A stretch of 64,000 nt of DNA, from IMG/VR virus record IMGVR_UViG_3300012001_000011; one strand, given 5' to 3'. The notes under the pieces are model-generated. The model was not told where the DNA came from. It worked only from the letters and a program-made list of their open reading frames with translations, and did not search any database. Below are positions 19,130 through 28,809 of the stretch, one piece after another. The DNA comes from an uncultured virus (IMG/VR IMGVR_UViG_3300012001_000011) (lineage: Duplodnaviria > Heunggongvirae > Uroviricota > Caudoviricetes). The first letter of the stretch is position 1. Every line of letters starts with the position of its first letter. The position numbers and the translations under genes are program-made.

Positions 19130-19921
19130 ATGAAACTCAAACTGGACGACAAGGGCGCAGCAGTATTGCAAGACGGAAAGCCAGTCTATGTTTTGGATGA
19201 TGGCCGCGAAGTAGCGCATGACGCTGCCGGCACCGTGGCGACGATCTCGCGCTTGAACAATGAGGCAAAGACCCATCGAGAGGCCAAGGAAGCCGCTGAG
19301 GCGGCGCTGAAGCCATTCAGGGATGCTGGCATCGAAGACCCTATTGCCGCAGCCAAAGCGATCGAGTTGGCAAAGAATTTGAAAGACGGCGATCTCGTCA
19401 CGGCCGGCAAAGTCCAGGAAATCAAGGACGCCGCCGCCAGATCCGCACAAGAGGCTGTGGCCGCAGCAACCCGCGCCGCTGCCGACAAGGAAAAAGCGCT
19501 TACCGAGCAGAACGGCAAGCTCACGCAAGACCTGAACAATCACATCATCGGCGGCTCGTTCGCCGGATCGAAATTCATCGCTGAAAAATTGGCGATCCCT
19601 GCAGACATTGCGCAGAAGGTATTCGGCGACCGCTTCAAGGTCGAATCGGGCAAGTTGGTTCCGCTCGATCAAGCGGGCAATCCAATCTTCTCGGCGACCA
19701 ATCACGGCAACCATGCCGATTTCGATGAGGCGCTTCAAGTTATGGTTGGCTCGTACGCCAACCGGGACATGATCCTCAAAGGCTCCGGCGCTTCTGGTGG
19801 TGGCGCGACTGGTGGAAGGGGAGCCCCAGGCTCCAAGACGATTACCCGCGCCCAGTTCGATAGCATGGACCAAGGCGCACGCGCTGCCGCACTTAAGGAC
19901 GGCGGGCGCATCGAAGGTTAA
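19130..19921 (+). CDS. capsid scaffolding protein (DUF6651-like)
   Basis: MKLKLD...DGKPVY...LNNEAKTHRE coiled coil; upstream of the capsid gene. Confidence 0.85.
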   Translation: MKLKLDDKGAAVLQDGKPVYVLDDGREVAHDAAGTVATISRLNNEAKTHREAKEAAEAALKPFRDAGIEDPIAAAKAIELAKNLKDGDLVTAGKVQEIKDAAARSAQEAVAAATRAAADKEKALTEQNGKLTQDLNNHIIGGSFAGSKFIAEKLAIPADIAQKVFGDRFKVESGKLVPLDQAGNPIFSATNHGNHADFDEALQVMVGSYANRDMILKGSGASGGGATGGRGAPGSKTITRAQFDSMDQGARAAALKDGGRIEG

Positions 19922-20076
19922 GTAATAGGGCCGCACAGCGCGGCCTAGCAATGCAATAGCCGAATGCTTGGATGAGCGCTCGGTGCTTTGGGCTGGATGG
20001 CCTGTAACACAAAACTCAAATCACCGACTGGCTCGCATTTCGCGGGCCTTTTTTTCGTCCAATCGAAAGGCATCAA

Positions 20077-21222
20077 ATGGCAAACGTACTTAGTAATCTG
20101 GCGGCAGACATCTACAAAGCAGCAGACACCGTCGCCCGCGAACTGGTCGGCGTCGTACCGTCGGCCACGCTGAACTTCAGCACCGATGGCGCCGCACTCA
20201 ACGACACGATCCGCTCTTTCGCAACGCGCGCCGCAGTTGTGCAGAGCATTACCCCGAGCATGACTATCCCGGAAGGCACGGATCAGACCGTGGACAGCAA
20301 AACCATGGTGGTTGACCAGATCGCATCAGTTCAGATTCCGTGGACTGGTGAGGACATGAAGCACGCCAACAATGGATCTGGCTTCGAGACGATCTACGGC
20401 GACCAAATTCAACAGGCGATTCGCGCCATCGCGAACACGGTTGAATCCTATGCGGCTGGTCTTGCGTACAAAAACGCATCGCGCGCCTTCGGCACCTCTG
20501 GCACTTCGCCGTTCGCGTCGAACTTCAACGAGATCGCAGAGTTGCGCCAAATTCTCGTCGATAACGGCGCCACGATGGACGGCACCGCGTCGCTGGTCCT
20601 GAACACCGTCGCTGGTACGAAGCTGCGCAACCTGGCGCAACTGCAAAAGGTCAATGAGTCGGGCAACGACCAACTGCTGCGCCAAGGCGAGCTGCTGAAC
20701 CTGCAGGGGCTGATGCTCAAGGAATCGGCCGGCATCGCTTCGGTGACTGCCGGCACTGGCGCATCGTATACCACGAACACCGCAGGCTACGCAATCGGCG
20801 CCACCGCAATCACTCTGATTACCGGCTCGGGCACTGCGCTGGCTGGCGATGTCGTCACGTTTGCCGGCGACACCCACCAGTATGTGCTCGCCTCTGGCGT
20901 CGCCGCGCCCGGCGTCGTTACCTTGGCAGCCCCAGGCTTGCGTCAAGCCATCGCAGCATCGGCGGTTGCAATGACCGTCACAGCTAGCTATACCGCCAAT
21001 CTGGCGTTCAAGCAATCGGCAATCGAGGTTGCCATGCGCCCAATGGCAAATCCGGCAGGCGGCGATGCGGCTGTGGACAGCATGATCGTTCAAGACCCGC
21101 GCTCCGGACTGGTGTTCGCGGTCGATGCCTACAAGGGCTTCAAGAAGGCCATGTTCATGGTCAGTGCCATCTACGGCGCGAAGGTCTGGAAGCCTGAATT
21201 CGTGGCGATCCTGAAGGGCTAA
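20077..21222 (+). CDS. major capsid protein (P22 coat-like)
   Basis: VARELVG N-terminus and YGAKVWKPEF C-terminus; position after the scaffold gene. Confidence 0.9.
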   Translation: MANVLSNLAADIYKAADTVARELVGVVPSATLNFSTDGAALNDTIRSFATRAAVVQSITPSMTIPEGTDQTVDSKTMVVDQIASVQIPWTGEDMKHANNGSGFETIYGDQIQQAIRAIANTVESYAAGLAYKNASRAFGTSGTSPFASNFNEIAELRQILVDNGATMDGTASLVLNTVAGTKLRNLAQLQKVNESGNDQLLRQGELLNLQGLMLKESAGIASVTAGTGASYTTNTAGYAIGATAITLITGSGTALAGDVVTFAGDTHQYVLASGVAAPGVVTLAAPGLRQAIAASAVAMTVTASYTANLAFKQSAIEVAMRPMANPAGGDAAVDSMIVQDPRSGLVFAVDAYKGFKKAMFMVSAIYGAKVWKPEFVAILKG

Positions 21223-21274
21223 TAAGGCGGGCGGGCCTCGGCTCGCCCTTTTCAACCGCATACCAGAGGCTCAC

Positions 21275-21505
21275 ATGATCCCGACCATTCGCATTATCTC
21301 CCCAATTACCGACGACAACCCGCTTGGCTTTGTCGTCATCAACGAAGCCGACTTTGACACCTCAGTGCATGAGCCGTTCGACACGCCTCCTGCAAAGGTG
21401 ACGATCGCCGACATGCGCGACGCCCTGACCGCGCGTGGCATCGCGTTCGACCCATCGGCAAAAAAGGCCGATCTGCAAGTGCTGCTCGACGCAGCGGCAT
21501 CGTAA
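21275..21505 (+). CDS. small HeH/LEM-like head-associated protein
   Basis: TIADMRDALTARGIAF...AKKADL. Confidence 0.7.
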   Translation: MIPTIRIISPITDDNPLGFVVINEADFDTSVHEPFDTPPAKVTIADMRDALTARGIAFDPSAKKADLQVLLDAAAS

Positions 21506-21559
21506 CAAGCAGCAGTCCACGGCGGTAGCCGAATCCCCAAAATATCAAAGAGGTAAATC

Positions 21560-21979
21560 ATGGCATCAACCGCTTACGACAGCTACATGGATGACGTTTT
21601 GACGGGCAACATCATCAAGACGGACACGTACTACGTGATGCTGTGTACCAGCACCTACGCGCCGAACAAAGGGACGCATCTGAAGCGCTCAGACGTGACG
21701 AACGAAGTCACTGGCACCGGCTACACGGCTGGCGGGCAGGCCATCGTTCCGACCTTCTCGAAAGACACGACCAACCACAAAGAGGCGATTACGTTCCCTC
21801 AGGTCACGTGGCCATCGAGCACGATTACGGCACGCTACGCGGTCTACTACAAGAGCCGCGGTGGGCTAGCCACTGCCGACGAACTGGTTTGCGTTGATGA
21901 CTTCGTCTCTGATGTCGTGACGACTTCCGGAACGCTGACGCTGGCCGCCACGACCATCAACATCAACACGGCAGCCTAA
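21560..21979 (+). CDS. putative virion structural protein
   Basis: NEVTGTGYTAGG motif common in phage structural proteins; GAGG RBS. Confidence 0.75.
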   Translation: MASTAYDSYMDDVLTGNIIKTDTYYVMLCTSTYAPNKGTHLKRSDVTNEVTGTGYTAGGQAIVPTFSKDTTNHKEAITFPQVTWPSSTITARYAVYYKSRGGLATADELVCVDDFVSDVVTTSGTLTLAATTININTAA

Positions 21980-23550
21980 TGCCAGTAGCGGTCGGCAATT
22001 CCTACTCGGTGGCGAGCGGGCTGACGATTCATGCCGGACGAACAAACCTCATCGCCGGTGCGGCGGCGCCGACGCTCAATGAGCATCTGGACTTCAAGGT
22101 GTTCCAGCGGGTTGGAACGAGCAAGAATGTTCCAGTAACGGGCGCATACAGTGGCACACCGTCACTTGTGCAGGCGCGCGCCGCGGATGCAGACAGTGGA
22201 TCGCCAATAACCGCATGGACCACAGTTGCGACGAACCCGACAGGGGGCACATACAGTGGAGTGTTAGGCGTGCCAGAGGGCATGTGGTACAAGCTGCAGG
22301 TTCGTGACGGAGTTAATACAGCGCTTGTAACGGCTGGAGCCAATAAATTCGGTGTTGGCGTCTGTATCGTCGAGATCGGCCAGTCGAACATGGCCAACTT
22401 CGGGACCACGTCCAGCACGGGGTATAAGTACCCGCTAGGCGATCCGAATGTTGTGGAATTCTACACAGGGAATAACACGTTCCGCCGAATCAGCCGGATC
22501 AACGATACATTCGCCCCCAACACACTTTACGGCGGTGTCGGCGGCTGGACTACGGCTGGAACATCAGGGGTCAGCGCAGACGGCTATGTCTACGTAGGCA
22601 ACCTGGTATCGGAAGGCCTGAATCTGCCAGTGGCGGTGCTCAACAAAGCGGTAAGCGGCTCGTCCATCGCATCTTGGACTACAACGCCGACCTACTGGAA
22701 TGCTTTTGTCACCTCCCTGAATCTGATGGGCGGCGACTTTGAGATCGCGCTCTGGTTCCAGGGCGAGTACGAAGCGAACGCCGGGGTGAGTGCGGCTTCC
22801 TATAAGGGTAGCCTTGGGGTACTGCACCAGCAGATGAAAACGCAGACCGGCCGTGGAACAACCGACTTGCATTTCTGCATTATCGGCCTCGGTCCGCAAG
22901 GTATCGCGAGCTCTTTCAGCGGCGGCAGCGACTTGAAGATCGGACCCATCCGCGCCGCACAGACCGAATACTGCAACGAGACGGCCGGTGCGCACTATGT
23001 AACAAGCGCCATGGACACGCGGACCGCGTCTGACCAGGTGCATATTCTCGGGGATACGGACGGAGATAACAAGCTTGGCCGTCGTTACGCTAAGACCATC
23101 TTGTCGGCGCTTGGTGTGGGCCTACCGGCGTCAGGCCCGCGCGCGGCGTCTGCTGCGCACACTGGCGGCTACATCGATCTGACGCTGGCGCACACAGGCG
23201 GGACTGCCTTGATGGACGGTATCGGTGGATCTGGCAGCGGCCTGACGGGCTTCCGAGTCTTCGATGATGGCGCTGCCGGCGCGCTGCTAGGTTACACGAC
23301 GAGCATCACTAGCAGCACCAACGTGCGACTGACCTTGGGCGGCACGCCGGTTGGGCCGTTCCGCGTGGACTACGGCATGACAAACTCGCCGCACAGCAGC
23401 GATACTACGGTATCAGACACGGTCCCAGTGTACTCAACGATCTTGTGCGACAACGCCTTCTACCACAACGGCGCTAACGCATCACCATTCGGACTTAGCA
23501 CTACCGGCTCCCCACTACAGCCGTTCTCGGCGATGACCGTCACAGGATAA
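21979..23550 (+). CDS. SGNH/sialate O-acetylesterase-domain putative virion protein
   Basis: GQSNM, WFQGE and DQVH catalytic blocks. Confidence 0.8.
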   Translation: MPVAVGNSYSVASGLTIHAGRTNLIAGAAAPTLNEHLDFKVFQRVGTSKNVPVTGAYSGTPSLVQARAADADSGSPITAWTTVATNPTGGTYSGVLGVPEGMWYKLQVRDGVNTALVTAGANKFGVGVCIVEIGQSNMANFGTTSSTGYKYPLGDPNVVEFYTGNNTFRRISRINDTFAPNTLYGGVGGWTTAGTSGVSADGYVYVGNLVSEGLNLPVAVLNKAVSGSSIASWTTTPTYWNAFVTSLNLMGGDFEIALWFQGEYEANAGVSAASYKGSLGVLHQQMKTQTGRGTTDLHFCIIGLGPQGIASSFSGGSDLKIGPIRAAQTEYCNETAGAHYVTSAMDTRTASDQVHILGDTDGDNKLGRRYAKTILSALGVGLPASGPRAASAAHTGGYIDLTLAHTGGTALMDGIGGSGSGLTGFRVFDDGAAGALLGYTTSITSSTNVRLTLGGTPVGPFRVDYGMTNSPHSSDTTVSDTVPVYSTILCDNAFYHNGANASPFGLSTTGSPLQPFSAMTVTG

Positions 23551-23553
23551 AGC

Positions 23554-24876
23554 ATGTCAAACATTTACGTAAAGTCCACGACCGGATCAGACTCGAACTC
23601 CGGCGCTACAGTAGCATTGGCAAAAGCTACCCTGTCCGGCGCGGATGCCATCGATGTGGCGGGCGACAATATCTACCTGTCGCAATTACACAATGAGACT
23701 ACAGCGGCGAGCGTGACATACAGCATCGCAGGCACGCCGACTACCATGTCGAAGATTATCGCTGCAAACGACGCGGCCGAGCCTCCCACAACGCTAGCTA
23801 CTGCGGCGATTACCAGTGGCACGAACTTCGCGCTGGCCTTCAACGGTTCCTTCTACATGCGCGGCGTGAGCCTCACGGCGGGCAGTGGCACAGGTGCGAT
23901 CAGTCTAGGCCAGACGGCCGGAACGCAGGAATACCAGCACTACGAAGCCTGTAACTTCGCGCTGACCTCGACCACGAACGGGGTTCGCATCACGCTCGGC
24001 AACGCGAGTCAAACGAATGCGCACGAGATCCTGTGGCGTAACTGCTTCTTGAAACTCGCCAACGCCGCGCACGGCCTGTCGATTTACAGCGACTTCCGCT
24101 GGATTGGCGGCGGCATCACGACCGGGGGCACGACGCCCACATCCCTGCTTACCAGTAGCGGCGGCAAGCCGATGTCCATCTTGCTTGACTCGGTGGATTT
24201 GTCCGCCTATGGCGCTGCTGTCAACCTGGTGGCAACCTCGACACTTGCTAGTGGCACGGCGATCTTCCGCAATATCAAGTTACCTACCTCGTGGTCTGGT
24301 GCGCTCGTCGTGGCGCCGGCCACTGGCCCTCGGTACGGTCTGTACAACAGCTACGCCGGGTCGTTTAAATATCGAATCTGGCTGGAAGACTCGATCGGTA
24401 AGTTGCGAGACGAGACGACAGTCGTCCGCTCGGGCGGCGCTGTCGATGACACTACCGCGTTCTCGATGAAGATTGCCTCTACCGCAAACTGCGGATACCC
24501 AGGGTCGCCATTCGAGGGTGCGCCGATCAAAACCTATATTGCAACCAGTGGATCACCAGTGACAGTCGCGCTTGAGATTGTTCACGATTCGCAGGGGGCA
24601 GGGACTGCTGGCGCGCTGCGCAATGACGAGATCGGCCTGCAGGTTGTCTACCCAGGCGGCTACACAGAGACATTCAAACTTGACCCGCTGGCCACCGCCG
24701 CCGATGTGGCGTCGAGCGCTGCTGCTACGTGGACCACAACTGGTCTAGCCACTCCCGTGAAGCAAACGGTCAGTGCCACATTCACCAACACTAGCAAGGG
24801 CGAGGCTTCCATCGTCCCGATCTTTTTCGCCACCAGCAAAACGGTGTATGTTTGCCCAAAAGTCACAGTGAGTTAA
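23554..24876 (+). CDS. putative beta-rich virion structural protein
   Basis: YVKSTTGSDSNSG N-terminus (beta-helix-like cap); T/S/G-rich. Confidence 0.65.
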   Translation: MSNIYVKSTTGSDSNSGATVALAKATLSGADAIDVAGDNIYLSQLHNETTAASVTYSIAGTPTTMSKIIAANDAAEPPTTLATAAITSGTNFALAFNGSFYMRGVSLTAGSGTGAISLGQTAGTQEYQHYEACNFALTSTTNGVRITLGNASQTNAHEILWRNCFLKLANAAHGLSIYSDFRWIGGGITTGGTTPTSLLTSSGGKPMSILLDSVDLSAYGAAVNLVATSTLASGTAIFRNIKLPTSWSGALVVAPATGPRYGLYNSYAGSFKYRIWLEDSIGKLRDETTVVRSGGAVDDTTAFSMKIASTANCGYPGSPFEGAPIKTYIATSGSPVTVALEIVHDSQGAGTAGALRNDEIGLQVVYPGGYTETFKLDPLATAADVASSAAATWTTTGLATPVKQTVSATFTNTSKGEASIVPIFFATSKTVYVCPKVTVS

Positions 24877-24877
24877 G

Positions 24878-25378
24878 ATGGCCATTCAATACGTTGGCAG
24901 CTCCGGTGGAGTAATAAACGAGTCCGCGTCCGTGCAGTATGTTGGGCCAGAGGGCTCGGTGACGAATGAAACGTCAGGGGCAACCGGAAGCGCAACGGCA
25001 GTTGGCGCCACACTAACCGGAACAAGTTCTATTGCTGGCGGCTCCGCATCTGGCGCATCGGCCGGGACCGCTCTAGGCGCTACCCTCGCGTCAACGTCGA
25101 GCATTACAGGCGGCACCGCGACGGCTGCTAACGTGGGCACGTTGACCATAGTTGATGTAAAAAACAATACGGGGTCTCTGCGAATCGCGGAAGTCTTCCA
25201 GGCGTATGTGTACGTACGCGCAACTGGTGTGCTAGTCGTGGCGCTTTCAAATAATACGGTCAACGGTTCGGGCCAGTTGATTTTGACTGACGCCCTAATC
25301 ACTCCCGGCACAACCTACCGAGTTGTGCTTGTGGATTCGAGCGACGATGCAGGCGTGGGCAAGGTAGTCGCAGCATGA
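24878..25378 (+). CDS. putative fibre-like structural protein
   Basis: GATLxxTSSIxGG repeats. Confidence 0.65.
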   Translation: MAIQYVGSSGGVINESASVQYVGPEGSVTNETSGATGSATAVGATLTGTSSIAGGSASGASAGTALGATLASTSSITGGTATAANVGTLTIVDVKNNTGSLRIAEVFQAYVYVRATGVLVVALSNNTVNGSGQLILTDALITPGTTYRVVLVDSSDDAGVGKVVAA

Positions 25379-26070
25379 GTTTCCGCGTAGGCGCACCATG
25401 GATTTCTGGCGCCTTCCTAGTCGGGAATCAGGGTGGTGGCGTCCTAGCGGAAAATCTTGCTGCTACTGGCGACAATGGGGCCGGGTTTCTATTTGACGAC
25501 GTATCGCTGCCCGCCGACAACGGGAAAGAAATTCGAGGGCTAATTACCTTCATCCCTGCCGGGCTGACGCTGCAGACCTTTGAAGATGGCGGCGCTGTTG
25601 CATCGGCGGCAGATGGAACATACGTAGCAACGTACCAGCTCTACGTGGACTATGTGCCAACTGGCTCGCCAGCTAACATAAGCTTCACCTTCGGCGCTGG
25701 CAATGCGACGGCGACAGGAGCTACGCTGACGTCAACCAGCAGTATCGCGGGCGGCAGTGCTGCCGGAGCATCGCCTGGTACTGCAACCGGCGCGACACTT
25801 ACTAGCACGAGCAGCATCAGCGGCGGTACGGCGACAGGCGCATCGAACGCATCAGCAGCAGGGGCGACCTTGACGGGCGCGGCAACGATAGCTGGAGGGT
25901 CGGCCACTGGAAATTTAAATGCCACCGCGAGTGGTGCGTCGCTGACTGCAACATCATCAATTTTCGGAGGCGTGGCAATTGATGGCGCTCCTTTTATTTC
26001 CCAGGTTCTGCAATTCACGGTCAAAACAGAGAACCGGACCTACACCGTTTCGCCAGATGCTAGAGCATAA
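25375..26070 (+). CDS. putative fibre-like structural protein
   Basis: Four ATGATLTSTSSIAGG-type repeats. Confidence 0.65.
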   Translation: MSFRVGAPWISGAFLVGNQGGGVLAENLAATGDNGAGFLFDDVSLPADNGKEIRGLITFIPAGLTLQTFEDGGAVASAADGTYVATYQLYVDYVPTGSPANISFTFGAGNATATGATLTSTSSIAGGSAAGASPGTATGATLTSTSSISGGTATGASNASAAGATLTGAATIAGGSATGNLNATASGASLTATSSIFGGVAIDGAPFISQVLQFTVKTENRTYTVSPDARA

Positions 26071-26082
26071 AGTGAGAAAAAT

Positions 26083-26409
26083 ATGACAACTGGTTCATTT
26101 TGGGATCTGACCAATCCGCTTAAACCGGTTGGTCTAATGGACCCAGACGATGTTCTGACCCTGCCATTTGATTTCGCTGACTGGCTGACAGCCCAGGGAA
26201 CGACCTATGTCACGCACAACCTAAGCCAAGATACTGGCCTGCTGGCTGCGAATATTTCGGAGTCGCTCGGAGTCATTAAGGTTCAGGTATCGCACGACCC
26301 GGCTGCGACTCTTGAGATTGGCGGAAAGTATGGTGTGACATGTCAGGTCGTTGCTGCTGACGGTCAGAAACGCAGTCAAACGCTGTATCTGAAAATCCGG
26401 GAGCTGTGA
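26083..26409 (+). CDS. phage fibre-tail adaptor-like protein
   Basis: DPDDVL..PFDFADWL...YGVTCQV..ADGQ..QTLYLKI. Confidence 0.7.
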   Translation: MTTGSFWDLTNPLKPVGLMDPDDVLTLPFDFADWLTAQGTTYVTHNLSQDTGLLAANISESLGVIKVQVSHDPAATLEIGGKYGVTCQVVAADGQKRSQTLYLKIREL

Positions 26410-26918
26410 TGCTAATTGTCGAAACCGGGACCGGTATGGCCGGCGCCGAGAGCTATGTCACAGTTGCCGAGGCCGACACCTATCACACCGCACGCGGCAA
26501 TGAGGCATCGTGGTCTGACCTCGACACGGACGTCAAGGAGCAATTCTTGCGCCGCGCCACGGACTACATGATCGAAGTGTACCGGCAGAGATGGAAGGGG
26601 CGGCGCTTGAACTTCACACAGGCGCTCGATTGGCCGCGCTACGGGGTCCAGGTTGAGGATATCGGATACGACCGCTACATCGCGTACCTGCCGGCCAACT
26701 CCGTACCGCAGGCAGTTAAGAATGCATGTGCCGAACTGGCGCTTCGGGCCAAGAGCGGTGAACTGTCGCCGGACATCAAGCGCGAGGTTGTCGAGAAGAC
26801 GATCGGACCGATCAGGACTGTGTACGCTGCCGGCGCGCCTCAGTATGTGAGGTACCGCGCCATCGATAATTTGCTGGCGCCGATGCTTGAGTCTCGATTA
26901 AGGATGGAGCGGGCATGA
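26409..26918 (+). CDS. head-tail connector (DnaT_2-like)
   Basis: LIVETGTG...ESYVTVAEADTYH...QALDWPR...VKNACAELA. Confidence 0.85.
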   Translation: MLIVETGTGMAGAESYVTVAEADTYHTARGNEASWSDLDTDVKEQFLRRATDYMIEVYRQRWKGRRLNFTQALDWPRYGVQVEDIGYDRYIAYLPANSVPQAVKNACAELALRAKSGELSPDIKREVVEKTIGPIRTVYAAGAPQYVRYRAIDNLLAPMLESRLRMERA

Positions 26919-27343
26919 CGGTTATTGCATGGGATGGCGAGGTTCTTGCAGCGGATAAGCGCGTGTCGTTCGGCACTTCGATTGCTACGACTACGAAAAT
27001 CCATCAAATCAACGGCATGTTGGTAGGATGCTCTGGTGGAGCGGCGCAAGGAGCATCGTGCATTCAATGGGTGCGCGATGGGATGGTTCGCTCTCAATAT
27101 CCTGATTCACAGAAAGATGATGCGTGCAGCATGCTGATCATCATGCCTGATGGTGCGATCCACTATTACAGCAAAACGCCCGATCCACTGATTGTTGAGG
27201 GCAGAACATTCGCAATTGGCAGCGGCAGCGAATACGCCGAAGCAGCCATGTATCTCGGCAAGACGGCCCGCGAGGCTGTTGCGGTAGCGATTGCGCTTGA
27301 TTCTGGATGTGGCAACGGGGTCGATGAATTGGTGCTTGCATGA
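26915..27343 (+). CDS. HslV/proteasome-beta-like Ntn-hydrolase peptidase
   Basis: N-terminal Thr (MTVIAWDG), LAADKR, KI, GCSG, AIGSGSEYA, EAVAVAIALD. Confidence 0.8.
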   Translation: MTVIAWDGEVLAADKRVSFGTSIATTTKIHQINGMLVGCSGGAAQGASCIQWVRDGMVRSQYPDSQKDDACSMLIIMPDGAIHYYSKTPDPLIVEGRTFAIGSGSEYAEAAMYLGKTAREAVAVAIALDSGCGNGVDELVLA

Positions 27344-27723
27344 GCGACTACACCCAAGACGCCATCGACGCTGATGCCGCATTCCGCGAAGACGGGCAAC
27401 TCATCGCACTGAGCCTGAAACAGCCGGGCGCATACGTAAATAGCGAAGTCGTTCCCGGCGCGCCAATCCTTCAATCAGCATGGGGAATTGAAACCGGCGT
27501 CACGCTGCGCGATCTCGGCGTAGGTACGGTCAACGGCACACTGGTGCAGTCCGGCGACCGTAAGCTGATGATCTCGGCACTAGCAGATACCGGCGCTGCG
27601 CTGACGCCCCCGAGGGTGGGTGATTTGGCTACGGCTAGCGGACAGGTCTACACGATCAAGAATGTCGACGTGCTGCGCCCTGGTGGCGTCGCAATCATGT
27701 ACACGCTCGTGGCGCGCATCTGA
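27340..27723 (+). CDS. head closure/head-tail joining protein
   Basis: NGTLVQSGDRKL motif; position. Confidence 0.75.
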   Translation: MSDYTQDAIDADAAFREDGQLIALSLKQPGAYVNSEVVPGAPILQSAWGIETGVTLRDLGVGTVNGTLVQSGDRKLMISALADTGAALTPPRVGDLATASGQVYTIKNVDVLRPGGVAIMYTLVARI

Positions 27724-28208
27724 TGGGTACATTTTCAGCAGACATTCGCGCATGGGTCGAGAAGACTAGGGACGACGCGGATAAGATTGTTCGCTACGCC
27801 TTGATGACGCTGGACGGACGGCTTGTGCAGCGGTCCCCGGTAGGCGATGGAAGCTACTGGAAGAATCCGCCGCCACCTGGCTATACAGGAGGTCGATTTC
27901 GCGGATCGTGGATGGTATCGATAGGTGCTCCGCCAACTGGCATTAGCCGCATTATCGACAAGGACGGCTCAGCCACGCTATCGGCACACGCTGGCATCAT
28001 CGCGCAGGCCAAGGCCGGCGAAGTACAGTACATCTGCAACAACACCCCGTATGCAAAGCGCCTGGAAGAAGGCTGGTCCCGTCAAGCTCCGGTTGGCCTA
28101 GTCGCCGTCACAGTCGTGGAGTGGAACAACATCGTTGATGCCGCTGTCAATGGAGTTAAGCAGGCTGGCGGCGACATGAAAGCGGGCTTCGAGGCATACC
28201 CACTATGA
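27723..28208 (+). CDS. HK97 gp10-like tail component
   Basis: SPVG...GRFRGSW...NNTPYAKRLEEGWSRQAP. Confidence 0.85.
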   Translation: MGTFSADIRAWVEKTRDDADKIVRYALMTLDGRLVQRSPVGDGSYWKNPPPPGYTGGRFRGSWMVSIGAPPTGISRIIDKDGSATLSAHAGIIAQAKAGEVQYICNNTPYAKRLEEGWSRQAPVGLVAVTVVEWNNIVDAAVNGVKQAGGDMKAGFEAYPL

Positions 28209-28612
28209 CCCAATCGAGTATTCGCAACGCGCTGGAAAATGCGCTTGCCGCGATCACGCCAGCCATTGACATCGTGCACGAGAATCAGGCTTACTCGCCA
28301 ATCTCCGGCCGCCCGTTTTGCGAGGCGTATTGCATGTTCGCCACTCCGTCGAATCCGACCATGGGCGACGGCTTCTTTCAGGAAATCGGCATCTTCCAAA
28401 TTAATTTGCAGTACCCGGCAGAGGTCGGAACGGCAGACGCATCGGCGCGCGCCGCGCTGATCCGCGATGCTTTCCCGCGCCGCGCTACGTTTGCGTTCGG
28501 CGGCGTTACTGTGCAGATAGACAAGACGCCAGAGATTGGCGCCGGAACAGTGGATGCTGATCGATGGTTCGTGCCTATCAAGGTGCGATGGCACGCTGAC
28601 ATATTTACATGA
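28205..28612 (+). CDS. tail terminator-like protein (DUF4128)
   Basis: HENQAY..GIFQINLQYP..G..FPR motif; position. Confidence 0.8.
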   Translation: MTQSSIRNALENALAAITPAIDIVHENQAYSPISGRPFCEAYCMFATPSNPTMGDGFFQEIGIFQINLQYPAEVGTADASARAALIRDAFPRRATFAFGGVTVQIDKTPEIGAGTVDADRWFVPIKVRWHADIFT

Positions 28613-28769
28613 AACACTGTTAAAAATCACAGTGGATTGGCGTAATGCGCGCCAAATGGGCTGACCCTGCATTCAAAGAGAAGATGAAATTAGCGCGCCA
28701 AGAAGGGAAGCATCGAAGGGCATCGAAGCAGTAGATTCAAACAACTTTAATGCGGAACTCCGCTAATTG

Positions 28770-28793
28770 AGCCACCTTCGGGTGGCTTTTTTT
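28770..28793 (+). terminator. intrinsic terminator
   Basis: gccacc-ttcg-ggtggc-T7. Confidence 0.8.
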
Positions 28794-28809
28794 AATTGAA
28801 AGAAATATC

